Positions 1-8,273 of a stretch of DNA of 64,000 nt are shown here, in pieces. A program made the translations under genes and the position numbers. The notes beneath the pieces were generated by a model, which had not been told where the DNA came from, made no database searches, and worked only from the letters and a program-made list of their open reading frames with translations. Source of the DNA: Nocardioides sp. (GTDB taxonomy: Bacteria; Actinomycetota; Actinomycetes; Propionibacteriales; Nocardioidaceae); contig NZ_DATJTA010000022.1 in the NCBI RefSeq assembly GCF_035503875.1, forward strand, positions 12,607-76,606, given 5' to 3'. Numbering within the stretch: position 1 is the stretch's first letter; each line of letters opens with the position of its first letter.

Positions 1-398
1 GTCGTCGCCCCGACGCCGCCGGACCCACCGACGACGCCCACGACCAGCCCTCGGGTGGGTCGTTCGTCGCCGAGGTCGGTCAGCGTCTCGACGAGCCACG
101 CGTCGGACCGCGGGAGATCGGTGACGCTCTCCGCGCGGAGGTCGAGCGCCACCCGGAACAGCCCGTCGGGCGAGGCGCCCCAGCTCATCAGGTGGACGCC
201 GGCACGTCGCGGTGGGCACAGTCGCGCCATCTCCGCGGCGAGGTCCGACCCGAGCAGGACGAGCGGGGCGGCGGTCCACGACCGCAGCGCGGCTCCGACG
301 TCGGCCGCCACCTCGGGGGTGATCCCGGCCGCGGCGGCCAGCCGGAGCAGCTCGTCGAGCAGGGTCTCGTCGCGGGTGACGAAGAGGGGTGGGTTCAT
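1..398 (-). CDS. Ssd/CpaE-like ParA-MinD family protein, N-terminal part (C-terminal part lies beyond position 1)
   Basis: My own minus-strand translation from ATG 398-396 reads MNPPLFVTRDETLLDELLRLAAAAGITPEV...RGLVVGVVGGSGGVGATT. This is a variable N-domain running into a deviant Walker A loop. It is absent from the ORF track because it has no stop in the window. It is divergent from the HAD hydrolase, as with Rv3660c/Rv3661. Confidence 0.55.
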   Translation of the reverse strand, partial: MNPPLFVTRDETLLDELLRLAAAAGITPEVAADVGAALRSWTAAPLVLLGSDLAAEMARLCPPRRAGVHLMSWGASPDGLFRVALDLRAESVTDLPRSDAWLVETLTDLGDERPTRGLVVGVVGGSGGVGAT

Positions 399-529
399 GA
401 CCCGGACGCTCCCCTGCCGCACCGACCGACGATGCCTGGCGCGGTGGCGCCTGGGGACGAGCCGCGACGCGGGTGCACCTGTGGACGGTTCCCGGCGCGG
501 TCCTCGGCAGGGGTCCCTACGATGAGGAC

Positions 530-1336
530 ATGACGGCTCCGGCGCTACGTCCCACCGCCGCCTTCTTCGACCTCGACAAGACGATCATCGCCAAGTCGAG
601 CACGCTGGCGTTCAGCAAGCCGTTCCAGGCGGGCGGCCTGATCTCGCGGCGCGCGGTGCTGCGCTCGGCGTACGCGCAGTTCGTCTACCTCGTCGGCGGG
701 GCGGACCACGACCAGATGGAGAAGATGCGGCAGTTCATGTCGCAGCTGTGCGCCGGGTGGGACGTCGCCACGGTCCGCGAGATCGTCGCGGACACCTTGC
801 ACAACATCGTCGACCCGCTGGTGTACGACGAGGCCGTCTCCCTGATCGAGGCGCACCGGGCCGCCGGTCGCGACGTGGTCGTCGTCTCCGCGAGCGGGGC
901 CGAGGTCGTCGAGCCGATCGCGGAGATGCTCGGTGCTGACCTGGTCATCGCGACGCGCATGGAGATCGCGGACGGCAAGTACACCGGCGAGATCGCGTAC
1001 TACGCCTACGCCGAGGAGAAGGCGCGAGCGGTCCGCGAGCTCGCCGAGCAGCGGGACTACGACCTGGCCGAGTGCTACGCCTACAGCGACTCGGTGACGG
1101 ACACGCCCATGCTCGAGGCGGTCGGCCACGCCTTCGCCGTCAACCCCGACCGGGAGCTGCGCAAGGTCGCGGCGACCCACGACTGGCCGGTCCTGGTCTT
1201 CACCAGACCGGTCACCCTGCGCGGCCGAGCACTGCCTCCCGCCGGTCCCACGCTGGCCGCCCTGGCCGTCGGCGGCGCCGTCGCGGTCGGCGGTGTGCTG
1301 TGGGCCAGCGCCCGCAAGCGCCGCCCCGACGCCTGA
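530..1336 (+). CDS. HAD-IB family hydrolase (SerB-like)
   Basis: ORF 473..1336 trimmed to ATG 530 (MTAPALRPTAAFFDLDKTIIAKSS). It has the HAD motif I FFDLDKT, the later YSDSVTDTPML motif and a hydrophobic C-terminal tail. Confidence 0.85.
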   Translation: MTAPALRPTAAFFDLDKTIIAKSSTLAFSKPFQAGGLISRRAVLRSAYAQFVYLVGGADHDQMEKMRQFMSQLCAGWDVATVREIVADTLHNIVDPLVYDEAVSLIEAHRAAGRDVVVVSASGAEVVEPIAEMLGADLVIATRMEIADGKYTGEIAYYAYAEEKARAVRELAEQRDYDLAECYAYSDSVTDTPMLEAVGHAFAVNPDRELRKVAATHDWPVLVFTRPVTLRGRALPPAGPTLAALAVGGAVAVGGVLWASARKRRPDA

Positions 1337-1359
1337 CCCAGCGGGGTCGGTGCCTCCCC

Positions 1360-1680
1360 TCAATAGGGGAGAAAGTCAAGGGTTGAACCCCCGGGGGAAG
1401 CGGCGTAGACAGGGACTCAACAACTCCACAGACGTACACGTGAGCCGGGTACCCACGCGGCGACCGACCCTTCCTACAGGGTGCTGACCCAACCGGATCT
1501 GCCGGTGGCAGCGATTCGAATCTGCACGCCTGGTAGCCCGAGGCCCACGTGTCAGCGGTGGCGCCCGAGTCCTTCGAGACTGGGGCGCCACCTGCATGTG
1601 GAGCCGGGCGCGCGGATTCACCGGTCCACCGGGGAATCTGGACGTTCTGCGCCGAAACTTCCACCCAGAACGTCGGGCTC
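1360..1680 (+). ncRNA. Candidate Ms1/MTS2823-like (6S-like) small RNA locus; boundaries and strand tentative
   Basis: A 357-bp gap between the HAD hydrolase and the Rv3662c-like gene has no credible ORF and is locally less GC-rich. It contains several strong local helices, e.g. GGTGGCGCCC...GGGCGCCACC at about 1557-1592 and GACGTTCTG...CAGAACGTC at about 1639-1674. GGGGAGA near the 5' end can pair with TCTCCCC near the 3' end. The position matches where mycobacteria encode Ms1/MTS2823. Confidence 0.3.
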
Positions 1681-1693
1681 TCCCCGAGAACTC

Positions 1694-2422
1694 CTACTCG
1701 GCGGCCCGGCGCAGCGGGCTCGCCTCGGCGGCGGCGGCGTACGCCTCGGCGGCGTACAGCAGCCACGCGTGGACGCCGGGCTGGGTGCCGGCGGCGTACC
1801 CGCGCAGGTTGGACTCGTACTCGGCGCGCAGGGCGAGGTGGGCGGCCTCCGGTACCACCAGCGACTTCTCGTCGACGCCGCGGGCGGCGAGCACCAGCCG
1901 CTCGGCGGCGCGGGCGATGATGCCGTTGTGGGAGGCGAACGGCGCCGTCGTGACAAGGCCCGCGTGCACGACGGCGGCCACCACCAGCGCAGGCACCTCG
2001 GTGCGGGCGGTCAGCAGCCCCGCCAGGTCGCGCAGCCGGTCCGCCGACTCGGCGTCGCGCGGGCGGCCGAGTCGCTCGGGCTCCACCGAGCCGGACGCGG
2101 CCACGGCGTGCAGCCGGGCCAGCGCCTGCAGCGGCGCGGTCCGCAGGGTCGGGACCAGGCCCAGCAGCTCGGTCGAGAGCCGGACCGCGTCGCACGCGAC
2201 GTCGTCGCCCCGGCCCTCGCGGACCTCGGTGAGCGAGGAAGCCGAGCCCTCCAGGACCGCGCTCGCGTGCGCGCCGCGCAGCAGTGACTCCGCCGTCGTC
2301 TCGGGAGAGGTACGGCGCAGGCCGCGGTCGCGCAGCACCGCGTCGATCCCGTCGCGTGCCGCCGCGAACGCGCTGGGCACCCCTTCGAGGGAAACCAACC
2401 AGGCAAGGGGGTCCGCGGTCAC
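1694..2422 (-). CDS. Conserved actinobacterial hypothetical protein (Rv3662c-like position) with a degenerate Fic/Fido-like motif
   Basis: 242-aa ORF with coding-like composition. The segment AAVVHAGLVTTAPFASHNGIIARAAERL resembles the Fic helix-loop HPFx(D/E)GNGRxxR but lacks the catalytic His. Confidence 0.7.
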   Translation of the reverse strand: MTADPLAWLVSLEGVPSAFAAARDGIDAVLRDRGLRRTSPETTAESLLRGAHASAVLEGSASSLTEVREGRGDDVACDAVRLSTELLGLVPTLRTAPLQALARLHAVAASGSVEPERLGRPRDAESADRLRDLAGLLTARTEVPALVVAAVVHAGLVTTAPFASHNGIIARAAERLVLAARGVDEKSLVVPEAAHLALRAEYESNLRGYAAGTQPGVHAWLLYAAEAYAAAAEASPLRRAAE

Positions 2423-2457
2423 GGACGCGAGGCTACTCGGGCGTTAGCCTGGGACAG

Positions 2458-3312
2458 ATGAGTGACCTCCACGCCCGCTCCTTCGGCTCCGTGGCCGACG
2501 CCTACGACCGCGGCCGGCCGAGCTACCCGCTCGAGGCGGCGCGGTGGCTGACCGGGGAGCGACCGGCGACCGTCCTGGAGCTGGGCGCCGGGACCGGGAA
2601 GCTCACCCGGCAGCTGGTCGAGCTGGGCCACGACGTGCACGCCACCGACCCCGACGAGGCGATGCTGGCCATCCTGCAGCGCGACCTGCCCGACGTACGC
2701 ACGGCCGTCGGCGGGGCCGAGGAGATCGCCGCACCGGACGCGTCGTACGACGTGGTGGTGAGCGCGCAGGCCTTCCACTGGTTCGACCTGGACCGGGCGC
2801 TGCCCGAGATGGCGCGGGTGCTGAAGCCGGGCGGGCGGCTGGCCCTGGTGTGGAACGAGCGCGACGAGCGGATCCCGTGGGTGCGCAAGCTGGGCCGGAT
2901 CATCGGCACCCAGGAGCAGGACGTCGACCCGACGGAGCCGGTGTCGACCTGCGGCCACTTCGGGTTCGTCGACGACGCCGTCTTCAAGCACTGGCAGGGC
3001 GTGGACCGCGAGTCGATCCTCGACCTGGTGCGCTCGCGGTCCAACGTGGCCGTCCTCGACGAGGAGGAGCGCTCGGCCAAGCTCGCCGAGGTGCGCGCCT
3101 TCTACGACGACTACGGCCGCGGCATGGACGGCATGCAGCTGCCGTACGTCGTCCGCTGCTTCCGCTCGGTCGTCGCCGACAAGATCGTGCGGCACGCCCC
3201 GGCGACCGCCGAGGAGCAGCGGACCGCCGAGGACCGGCTCGACGAGCCGACGCCGATGGAGACCACCTCCGACGGCACCGCCACCGACCTGCTGCTGATC
3301 GACTTCAAGTGA
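2458..3312 (+). CDS. Class I SAM-dependent methyltransferase
   Basis: ORF 2284..3312 trimmed to ATG 2458 (MSDLHARSFGSVADAYDRGRPSYP). It has SAM-binding motif I VLELGAGTGKLT and a Methyltransf_11-like body (VVSAQAFHWFD, LKPGGRLALVWN). Confidence 0.85.
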   Translation: MSDLHARSFGSVADAYDRGRPSYPLEAARWLTGERPATVLELGAGTGKLTRQLVELGHDVHATDPDEAMLAILQRDLPDVRTAVGGAEEIAAPDASYDVVVSAQAFHWFDLDRALPEMARVLKPGGRLALVWNERDERIPWVRKLGRIIGTQEQDVDPTEPVSTCGHFGFVDDAVFKHWQGVDRESILDLVRSRSNVAVLDEEERSAKLAEVRAFYDDYGRGMDGMQLPYVVRCFRSVVADKIVRHAPATAEEQRTAEDRLDEPTPMETTSDGTATDLLLIDFK

Positions 3313-3353
3313 GCCGCGCCACCCGACGGTGAGGTTGGCGGCATGATGACGCC

Positions 3354-4468
3354 ATGGGTCGGGCCTGGCGTCGTACGCACCTCGGGACCGAGGCCGACCG
3401 CGCGACCTTCCGGACCCTGCACACCGCGTCGCTGGCCAGCCCGGCGTTGCGCGAGGGACTGACGGCCACCAGCGCCGAGCGCTCCATCAAGCACCTGCGC
3501 GCGCTGCTCGGCACGCCCGCGCTCGCCCTGACCGACACCGCGGGACCGCTGGCCTGGGACGGCACCGGCCAGCACCACGAGCGGCAGGCGGTCGATCTCA
3601 CGGCCGCCACCCTGGAGGCCAGCGGCACCCGCAGCTTCGACCGCGCCGACCTGCGCTGCGACGAGGCGGGCTGCCCGGTGCGGACCGCCATCGCCAGCCC
3701 GCTGGTCGTGGACGAGCGGGTGGTCGGGACGCTGCAGGCGTTCGCGCCGTACCCCACCGCCGGGCTCGCCCGCGCCACCGACGAGGTCGCCCAGTGGGTC
3801 TCGGGGCAGCTGGAGCTGGCGGAGCTGGACGCGTCACGGACCCGGCTGATGGAGGCGGAGGTGCGGGCGCTGCGCGCCCAGATCAGTCCGCACTTCATCT
3901 ACAACTCCCTCGGCGCGATCGCCAGCTTCGTCCGCACCGACCCGGACCGAGCGCGCAGCTGCTGCTGGAGTTCGCCGACTTCACCCGCTACTCCTTCCGC
4001 CGGCACGGCGACTTCACCACGCTCGCCGAGGAGCTGCGCTCCATCGAGCGCTACCTGCTGCTCGAGGAGGCGCGGTTCGGCGACCGGCTGCGGGTGACGC
4101 TCAACGTCGCCCCCGAGGTGCTTCCCGTCGCGGTGCCGTTCCTGTGCATCCAGCCGCTCGTCGAGAACGCCGTACGCCACGGGCTCGAGGGCCGCGGCGA
4201 GGGCGGGCACATCCGGATCATCGCGCGCGACCAGGGCCAGGAGGCGGTCATCGAGGTGGAGGACGACGGGATCGGCGAGGACCCGGAGAAGGTACGGCGC
4301 GCGCTCGCCGGCGACACGGCGCTCGACTCCGTCGGGCTGGGGAACGTGGACGCCCGGCTGCGCAACGCGTACGGCGACGAGCACGGGCTCGTCGTCGAGA
4401 CGGCGCCGGGAGCGGGTACGCGGGTGATCGTGCGGGTACCCAAATTCGCACCGGGGGTGCAGGTGTGA
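3354..4468 (+). pseudogene. LytS/YehU-type sensor histidine kinase (soluble, GAF-like N-domain), interrupted by an apparent 1-nt frameshift near 3957
   Basis: Frame A (3354..) encodes the GAF-like region and the H-box RAQISPHFIYNSLGAIASFVRTDPDRAR, then decays. Frame B (ORF 3794..4468) continues LLLEFADFTRYSFR...IQPLVENAVRHG...IEVEDDGIG...GLGNVDARL (His_kinase plus HATPase_c). The DNA reads gcg cgc ag ctg ctg ctg gag where a full codon (e.g. gag) is expected. Confidence 0.75.
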
Positions 4469-5208
4469 AGGTCCCGCTGACCGTGCTGGTGGTCGACGAC
4501 GAGCGGCCCACGCTCGACGAGCTCTCCTACCTGCTCGGCCGGGACCCGCGGGTCGCCGAGGTGCTGACCTGCGACAGCGCGACCGAGACCCTGCGGATGC
4601 TGCGGGAGATCGAGGTCGACGCGGTGTTCCTCGACGTCCAGATGCCCGGCCTGACCGGTCTCGAGCTCGCGCAGGTGCTGGCCCGCTTCCGGGAGCCGCC
4701 GCCGATCGTGTTCGTCACCGCCCACGACCAGCACGCGGTGAAGGCCTTCGAGCTGCAGGCCGTCGACTACGTGCTCAAGCCGGTGCGGGACGACCGGCTC
4801 GCCGAGGCGGTACGACGGGTGGTGGGTGTGGTCGAGGGCGTCGCCGACCGCGGGCCGGCCGGTGACCTGCAGGTGCCGGTCGAGCTGGGCGGAGTGACCC
4901 GCTTCGTGGCCCGCTCCGCGATCTCGTACGTCGAGGCGCAGGGCGACTACGCCCGGTTGCACACCGACGACGGCTCGCACCTGGTGCGGACGCCGCTGTC
5001 CCAGCTGGAGGACGAGTGGGGGCCGGCCGGGTTCGTGCGGATCCACCGCTCGCTGCTGGTCTCGCTCGCCCACGTCGCCGAGGTGCGGATGGACGCGGGC
5101 CGCTGCACGGTCGTCGTCGGGCGGTCCGGGGCGAGCGTCGAGCTCGGCGTCAGCCGGCGGCACACCCGGCAGCTGCGCGATCTGCTGCTGAAGCGGGCCG
5201 GCTCGTGA
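4465..5208 (+). CDS. LytR/AlgR (LytTR) family response regulator
   Basis: GTG 4465 overlaps the kinase stop (GTGA). It has the receiver VKVPLTVLVVDDERPTLDEL...DAVFLDVQMPGLTG and the C-terminal LytTR domain ISYVEAQGDYARLHTDDGSHLVRTPLSQLE...FVRIHRS. Confidence 0.9.
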   Translation: MKVPLTVLVVDDERPTLDELSYLLGRDPRVAEVLTCDSATETLRMLREIEVDAVFLDVQMPGLTGLELAQVLARFREPPPIVFVTAHDQHAVKAFELQAVDYVLKPVRDDRLAEAVRRVVGVVEGVADRGPAGDLQVPVELGGVTRFVARSAISYVEAQGDYARLHTDDGSHLVRTPLSQLEDEWGPAGFVRIHRSLLVSLAHVAEVRMDAGRCTVVVGRSGASVELGVSRRHTRQLRDLLLKRAGS

Positions 5209-5218
5209 GGACGGAGCC

Positions 5219-5581
5219 GTGACCGAGCGTGTCCGGGTGACCGGGCCGCCGCGGCGGCGTACCACCGTCCGGTCGCGGGCGCGCGACATCGACGCGGACA
5301 CCCGTCTGGGCGGGATCTACCTGCGCTCCCTGCTGCGCGAGCAGCTGCGGCTGGCGGCGCGCGTGCTCGCCGTACTCGTCGTCGCGGTGGGGTCGTGGCC
5401 GCTGCTGTTCCACCTCTGGCCGGGGCTGGCCGACGTCGACGTGGCCGGCGTACCGGTGGCGTGGGTGCTGCTCGGCGTGCTGGTCTACCCGCTGCTGCTG
5501 GGCCTGGGCTGGTGGTACGTCCGCCGGGCCGAGCGGGTCGAGCACGACTTCGCGGAGCTGCTCGACGAGGTCGGCGAGTGA
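5219..5581 (+). CDS. Small two-TM membrane protein, positional analogue of DUF485/YjcH
   Basis: 120-aa ORF with two hydrophobic segments, lying immediately upstream of the symporter and translationally coupled to it. No strong motif was recognised. Confidence 0.6.
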   Translation: MTERVRVTGPPRRRTTVRSRARDIDADTRLGGIYLRSLLREQLRLAARVLAVLVVAVGSWPLLFHLWPGLADVDVAGVPVAWVLLGVLVYPLLLGLGWWYVRRAERVEHDFAELLDEVGE

Positions 5582-7095
5582 GCTCGGCCCCGGGGATCAT
5601 CGCCATCGTGCTGGTCACCCTGACCACGCTGGCGATCGGCGCCTGGGGGCTGCGCTTCTCCCGCACGACCAGCGACTTCTTCGTCGCGTCCCGCTCGGTC
5701 AACCCGCGGCTGAACGCGACCGCGATCGGCGGCGAGTACCTCTCGGCCGCGTCCTTCCTCGGCGTCGCCGGCCTGGTGCTGACCTTCGGCGCGGACATGC
5801 TCTGGTACCCGATCGGCTGGACCGCGGGCTACCTGGTGCTGCTCGTCCTGGTGGCCGCGCCGCTGCGCCGTTCGGGGGCGTACACCCTGCCCGACTTCGC
5901 CGAGGCCCGGCTCGGCTCGCGCGCGGTCCGGGCGGTCTGCTCGGTGCTGGTCGTGGGGATCGGGTGGCTCTACCTGCTGCCACAGTTCCAGGGTGCCGGG
6001 CTGACCCTGCGCTCGGCGGTCGGGGCGCCGGTGTGGCTCGGCCCGCTGATCGTCGGGCTCGTCGTCCTGATGAACGTGACGGCGGGCGGGATGCGGAGCA
6101 TCACGTTCGTCCAGGCGTTCCAGTACTGGTTGAAGCTCACCGCGCTGCTGCTCCCGCTGATGGTGCTGCTCGTCGCGTGGGCCGGCGACGGCGCGCCGGG
6201 CAGCCGGGTGGTCGGCGAGGCCGCATCCGGGTGGTCGGTCCCGCTCGCCGACGGGGGCGGGCAGGGGCTCTACCTGACCTACTCGCTGATCGTCGCGACC
6301 TTCCTCGGCACCATGGGGCTGCCGCACGTGGTGGTCCGCTTCTACACCAACCCCGACGGCCGCGCGGCCCGTCGTACGACGCTGGTGGTGCTGGCGCTCC
6401 TCGGCGCCTTCTACCTGCTGCCCACGGCGTACGGCGCGCTCGGGCGGGTGTACGCCCCCGAGCTGGCCGAGTCGGGGCGCTCGGACGTGCTCGTGCTGGA
6501 GCTGCCGAGGCTGATCGTGCCGGGGCCACTCGGCGAGGTGCTGACAGGACTGGTGACGGCCGGTGCGTTCGCCGCGTTCCTTTCCACGTCCTCGGGACTG
6601 GCAATCGCGGTGTCCGGGGTGCTGACCCAGGACGTCACCGGTCGGGTGTACGGCGAGCGGCGGCTCGGCGGCGTGACCGCCTTCCGGCTGGCGGCTGTCG
6701 TGGCCGTCCTGGTGCCCGTGCTCGTGGCGCTCGCGATCCCGAACGTCGGCGTCGCCCGCGCGGTCGGACTCGCCTTCGCGGTGGCGGCCTCGACGTTCTG
6801 CCCGCTGCTGCTGCTCGGGATCTGGTGGAGCCGGCTCACCGACGTCGGCGCGATCGCCGGCCTCGTCGTAGGCGGGCTCGGCTCCGGTACGGCGGTCGCG
6901 TGGACGCTGGCGCCGTACTCCGCCTCCGGCTGGGCCGGCGTACTGCTGGAGCAGCCGGCCGCCTGGTCGGTCCCGCTGGCCGTCGCGACGATGGTCGGCG
7001 TCAGCCTGCTGACGCCCGGGCGGGTCCCCGCCCACACGCGCCGGGTGATGGTGCGGCTGCACACGCCAGAGGCGGTGGAGCTGGATCGGGGGTGA
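5578..7095 (+). CDS. Solute:sodium symporter family transporter (monocarboxylate/acetate-type)
   Basis: GTG 5578 overlaps the upstream stop (GTGA). The N-terminus VSSAPGIIAIVLV..FFVASRSVNPRLNATAIGGEYLSAASFLGVAG is typical of SSF/ActP-like carriers and is multi-TM throughout. The long Arg-rich N-extension of ORF 5395.. was rejected. Confidence 0.85.
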   Translation: MSSAPGIIAIVLVTLTTLAIGAWGLRFSRTTSDFFVASRSVNPRLNATAIGGEYLSAASFLGVAGLVLTFGADMLWYPIGWTAGYLVLLVLVAAPLRRSGAYTLPDFAEARLGSRAVRAVCSVLVVGIGWLYLLPQFQGAGLTLRSAVGAPVWLGPLIVGLVVLMNVTAGGMRSITFVQAFQYWLKLTALLLPLMVLLVAWAGDGAPGSRVVGEAASGWSVPLADGGGQGLYLTYSLIVATFLGTMGLPHVVVRFYTNPDGRAARRTTLVVLALLGAFYLLPTAYGALGRVYAPELAESGRSDVLVLELPRLIVPGPLGEVLTGLVTAGAFAAFLSTSSGLAIAVSGVLTQDVTGRVYGERRLGGVTAFRLAAVVAVLVPVLVALAIPNVGVARAVGLAFAVAASTFCPLLLLGIWWSRLTDVGAIAGLVVGGLGSGTAVAWTLAPYSASGWAGVLLEQPAAWSVPLAVATMVGVSLLTPGRVPAHTRRVMVRLHTPEAVELDRG

Positions 7096-7099
7096 CGCG

Positions 7100-7660
7100 A
7101 CGCTGATTGAGGTGCCCCGAACCTCCGGAGCCCGACCAGCAGGCTGGGGTGAGGGCCGACCGTCGGCTCACCAGGTTTCGAGGCTCGCTCCGCTCGCACC
7201 TCAACCAGCGTCCAGGCAGGCGCTGACACGACGCTGATTGAGGTGCCCCGAAGCGACGCAGGAGCGCAGGGGCCTCGAAACCCCCGCAGCCCGACCAGCA
7301 GGCTGGGGTGAGGGCCGACGGCCGGCTCACCAGGTTTCGAGGCTCGCTCCGCTCGCACCTCAACCAACGTCAGGCAGGCGCTGACACGACGCTGGTTGAG
7401 GTGCCCCGAAGCGACGCAGGAGCGAAGGGGCCTCGAAACCCCCGCAGCCCGACCAGCAGGCTGAGGTGAGGGCCGATCGTCGGCTCACCAGGTTTCGAGG
7501 CTCGCTCCGCTCGCACCTCAACCAGCGTGCCGCTGGCCCCGCTCGCACCTCAACCAGCGTGCCGCCGGCCCCGCTCGCACCTCAACCAGCGTGCCGCCGG
7601 CCCCGCTCGCACCTCAACCAGCGTGCCGGCTCGCTCCGCTCGCACCTCAACCAGCGTGCG
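7100..7660. repeat. Repeat cluster A: three tandem hairpin elements (7100-7211, 7231-7370, 7389-7528) followed by five copies of a 32-33-bp tandem repeat (starts 7509, 7541, 7573, 7605, 7638)
   Basis: Each element runs ACGCTG(A/G)TTGAGGTGC...GGCCTCGAAACC...GGTTTCGAGGCTCGCTCCGCTCGCACCTCAACCA(G/A)CGT. The tandem tail repeats GCTCGCACCTCAACCAGCGTGCCGC(C/T)GGCCCC. Confidence 0.9.
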
Positions 7661-8273
7661 TCAGGGCGCCCAACAACGCCGTCGCCCGCTGCACGACCAG
7701 ATCCACGACGAGCGGGTGCGGTCCGAGCACGTCGGCGACGACGGAGGCTCCGACCGACTCGCGGCGGGTGCGGTCGGCGAAGTACCCCTCGGCGAGCAGG
7801 TACGGCGAGACCGCGTCGCCGGGGCGGACCACGGCGGCCGGGCGGAGTCCCAGTCCGGCGAGGGTGGCGAGCGAGACGGGGCCGCCCCAGGCGCCGGCGA
7901 GCAGGTCGCGGGCGCGGTGCAGGTCGCGCAGGGCGAGCGGGTCGTTCGACCCGGCGGCCACCATCGTCACCGGCTGGCCGGGCCGCGCGCCGCCGGCCAG
8001 CAGCCGGTCGACCTGGGCGGAGGCGAGCAGCGGGTCGGGGCCGAGCGGGCGGGCGCCGCCGAGGTCCTCGCGCACGTGGTAGCCGGTCGACAGCAGCAGC
8101 GGTACGACGACCGACGGCTCGGCCGGGAGCGACGCGTAGAGGGGCGAGCAGAGCTCGACGTACGACGCGACCGCGGGGAGGCCGAGCCGGGAGCCGGCGG
8201 CGGCCGTCAGGGCCCGCGCGACCTCGTTGCCGGTCGCGTGCCGGGTGCCGTGGGCGACCGTCACGAGCCTCAC
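7647..8273 (-). CDS. Sirohydrochlorin chelatase (CbiX/SirB family)
   Basis: VRLVTVAHGTRHATGNEV...VVVPLLLSTGYHV is CbiX-like. The GTG start overlaps the hemD-fusion stop (GTGA). It is the last gene of the nir operon. Confidence 0.8.
   Translation of the reverse strand: MRLVTVAHGTRHATGNEVARALTAAAGSRLGLPAVASYVELCSPLYASLPAEPSVVVPLLLSTGYHVREDLGGARPLGPDPLLASAQVDRLLAGGARPGQPVTMVAAGSNDPLALRDLHRARDLLAGAWGGPVSLATLAGLGLRPAAVVRPGDAVSPYLLAEGYFADRTRRESVGASVVADVLGPHPLVVDLVVQRATALLGALTHAG

Noticed and set aside
55-533. Plus-strand ORFs 55..525 and 192..533.
   Set aside because: They are Ser/Arg-rich with no motifs. The minus strand encodes a coherent Ssd/CpaE-like N-terminus ending in a Walker A loop.
1513-1522. 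T-arm-like GATTCGAATC motif inside the 1337-1693 gap, suggesting a tRNA or tmRNA.
   Set aside because: No acceptor stem, D-arm or anticodon arm could be built around it, and there is no tmRNA tag ORF or 3' CCA context.
7001-7548. ORFs running through repeat clusters and encoding recurring peptides such as WLRCERSEPRNLVSR (7001..7363, 7360..7548, 17747..17965, 23877..24095, 39011..39310, 39045..39425).
   Set aside because: The recurring peptide is just the translation of the conserved repeat arms. These ORFs lack start contexts, occur on both strands, and differ in frame between copies.
7509-7660. Possible CRISPR array (regularly spaced 32-33-bp repeats).
   Set aside because: The units are contiguous with no unique spacers: about 22 bp of conserved arm plus about 10 bp of near-identical filler. 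The repeat is an arm of the hairpin family found elsewhere in the window, and there are no cas genes.
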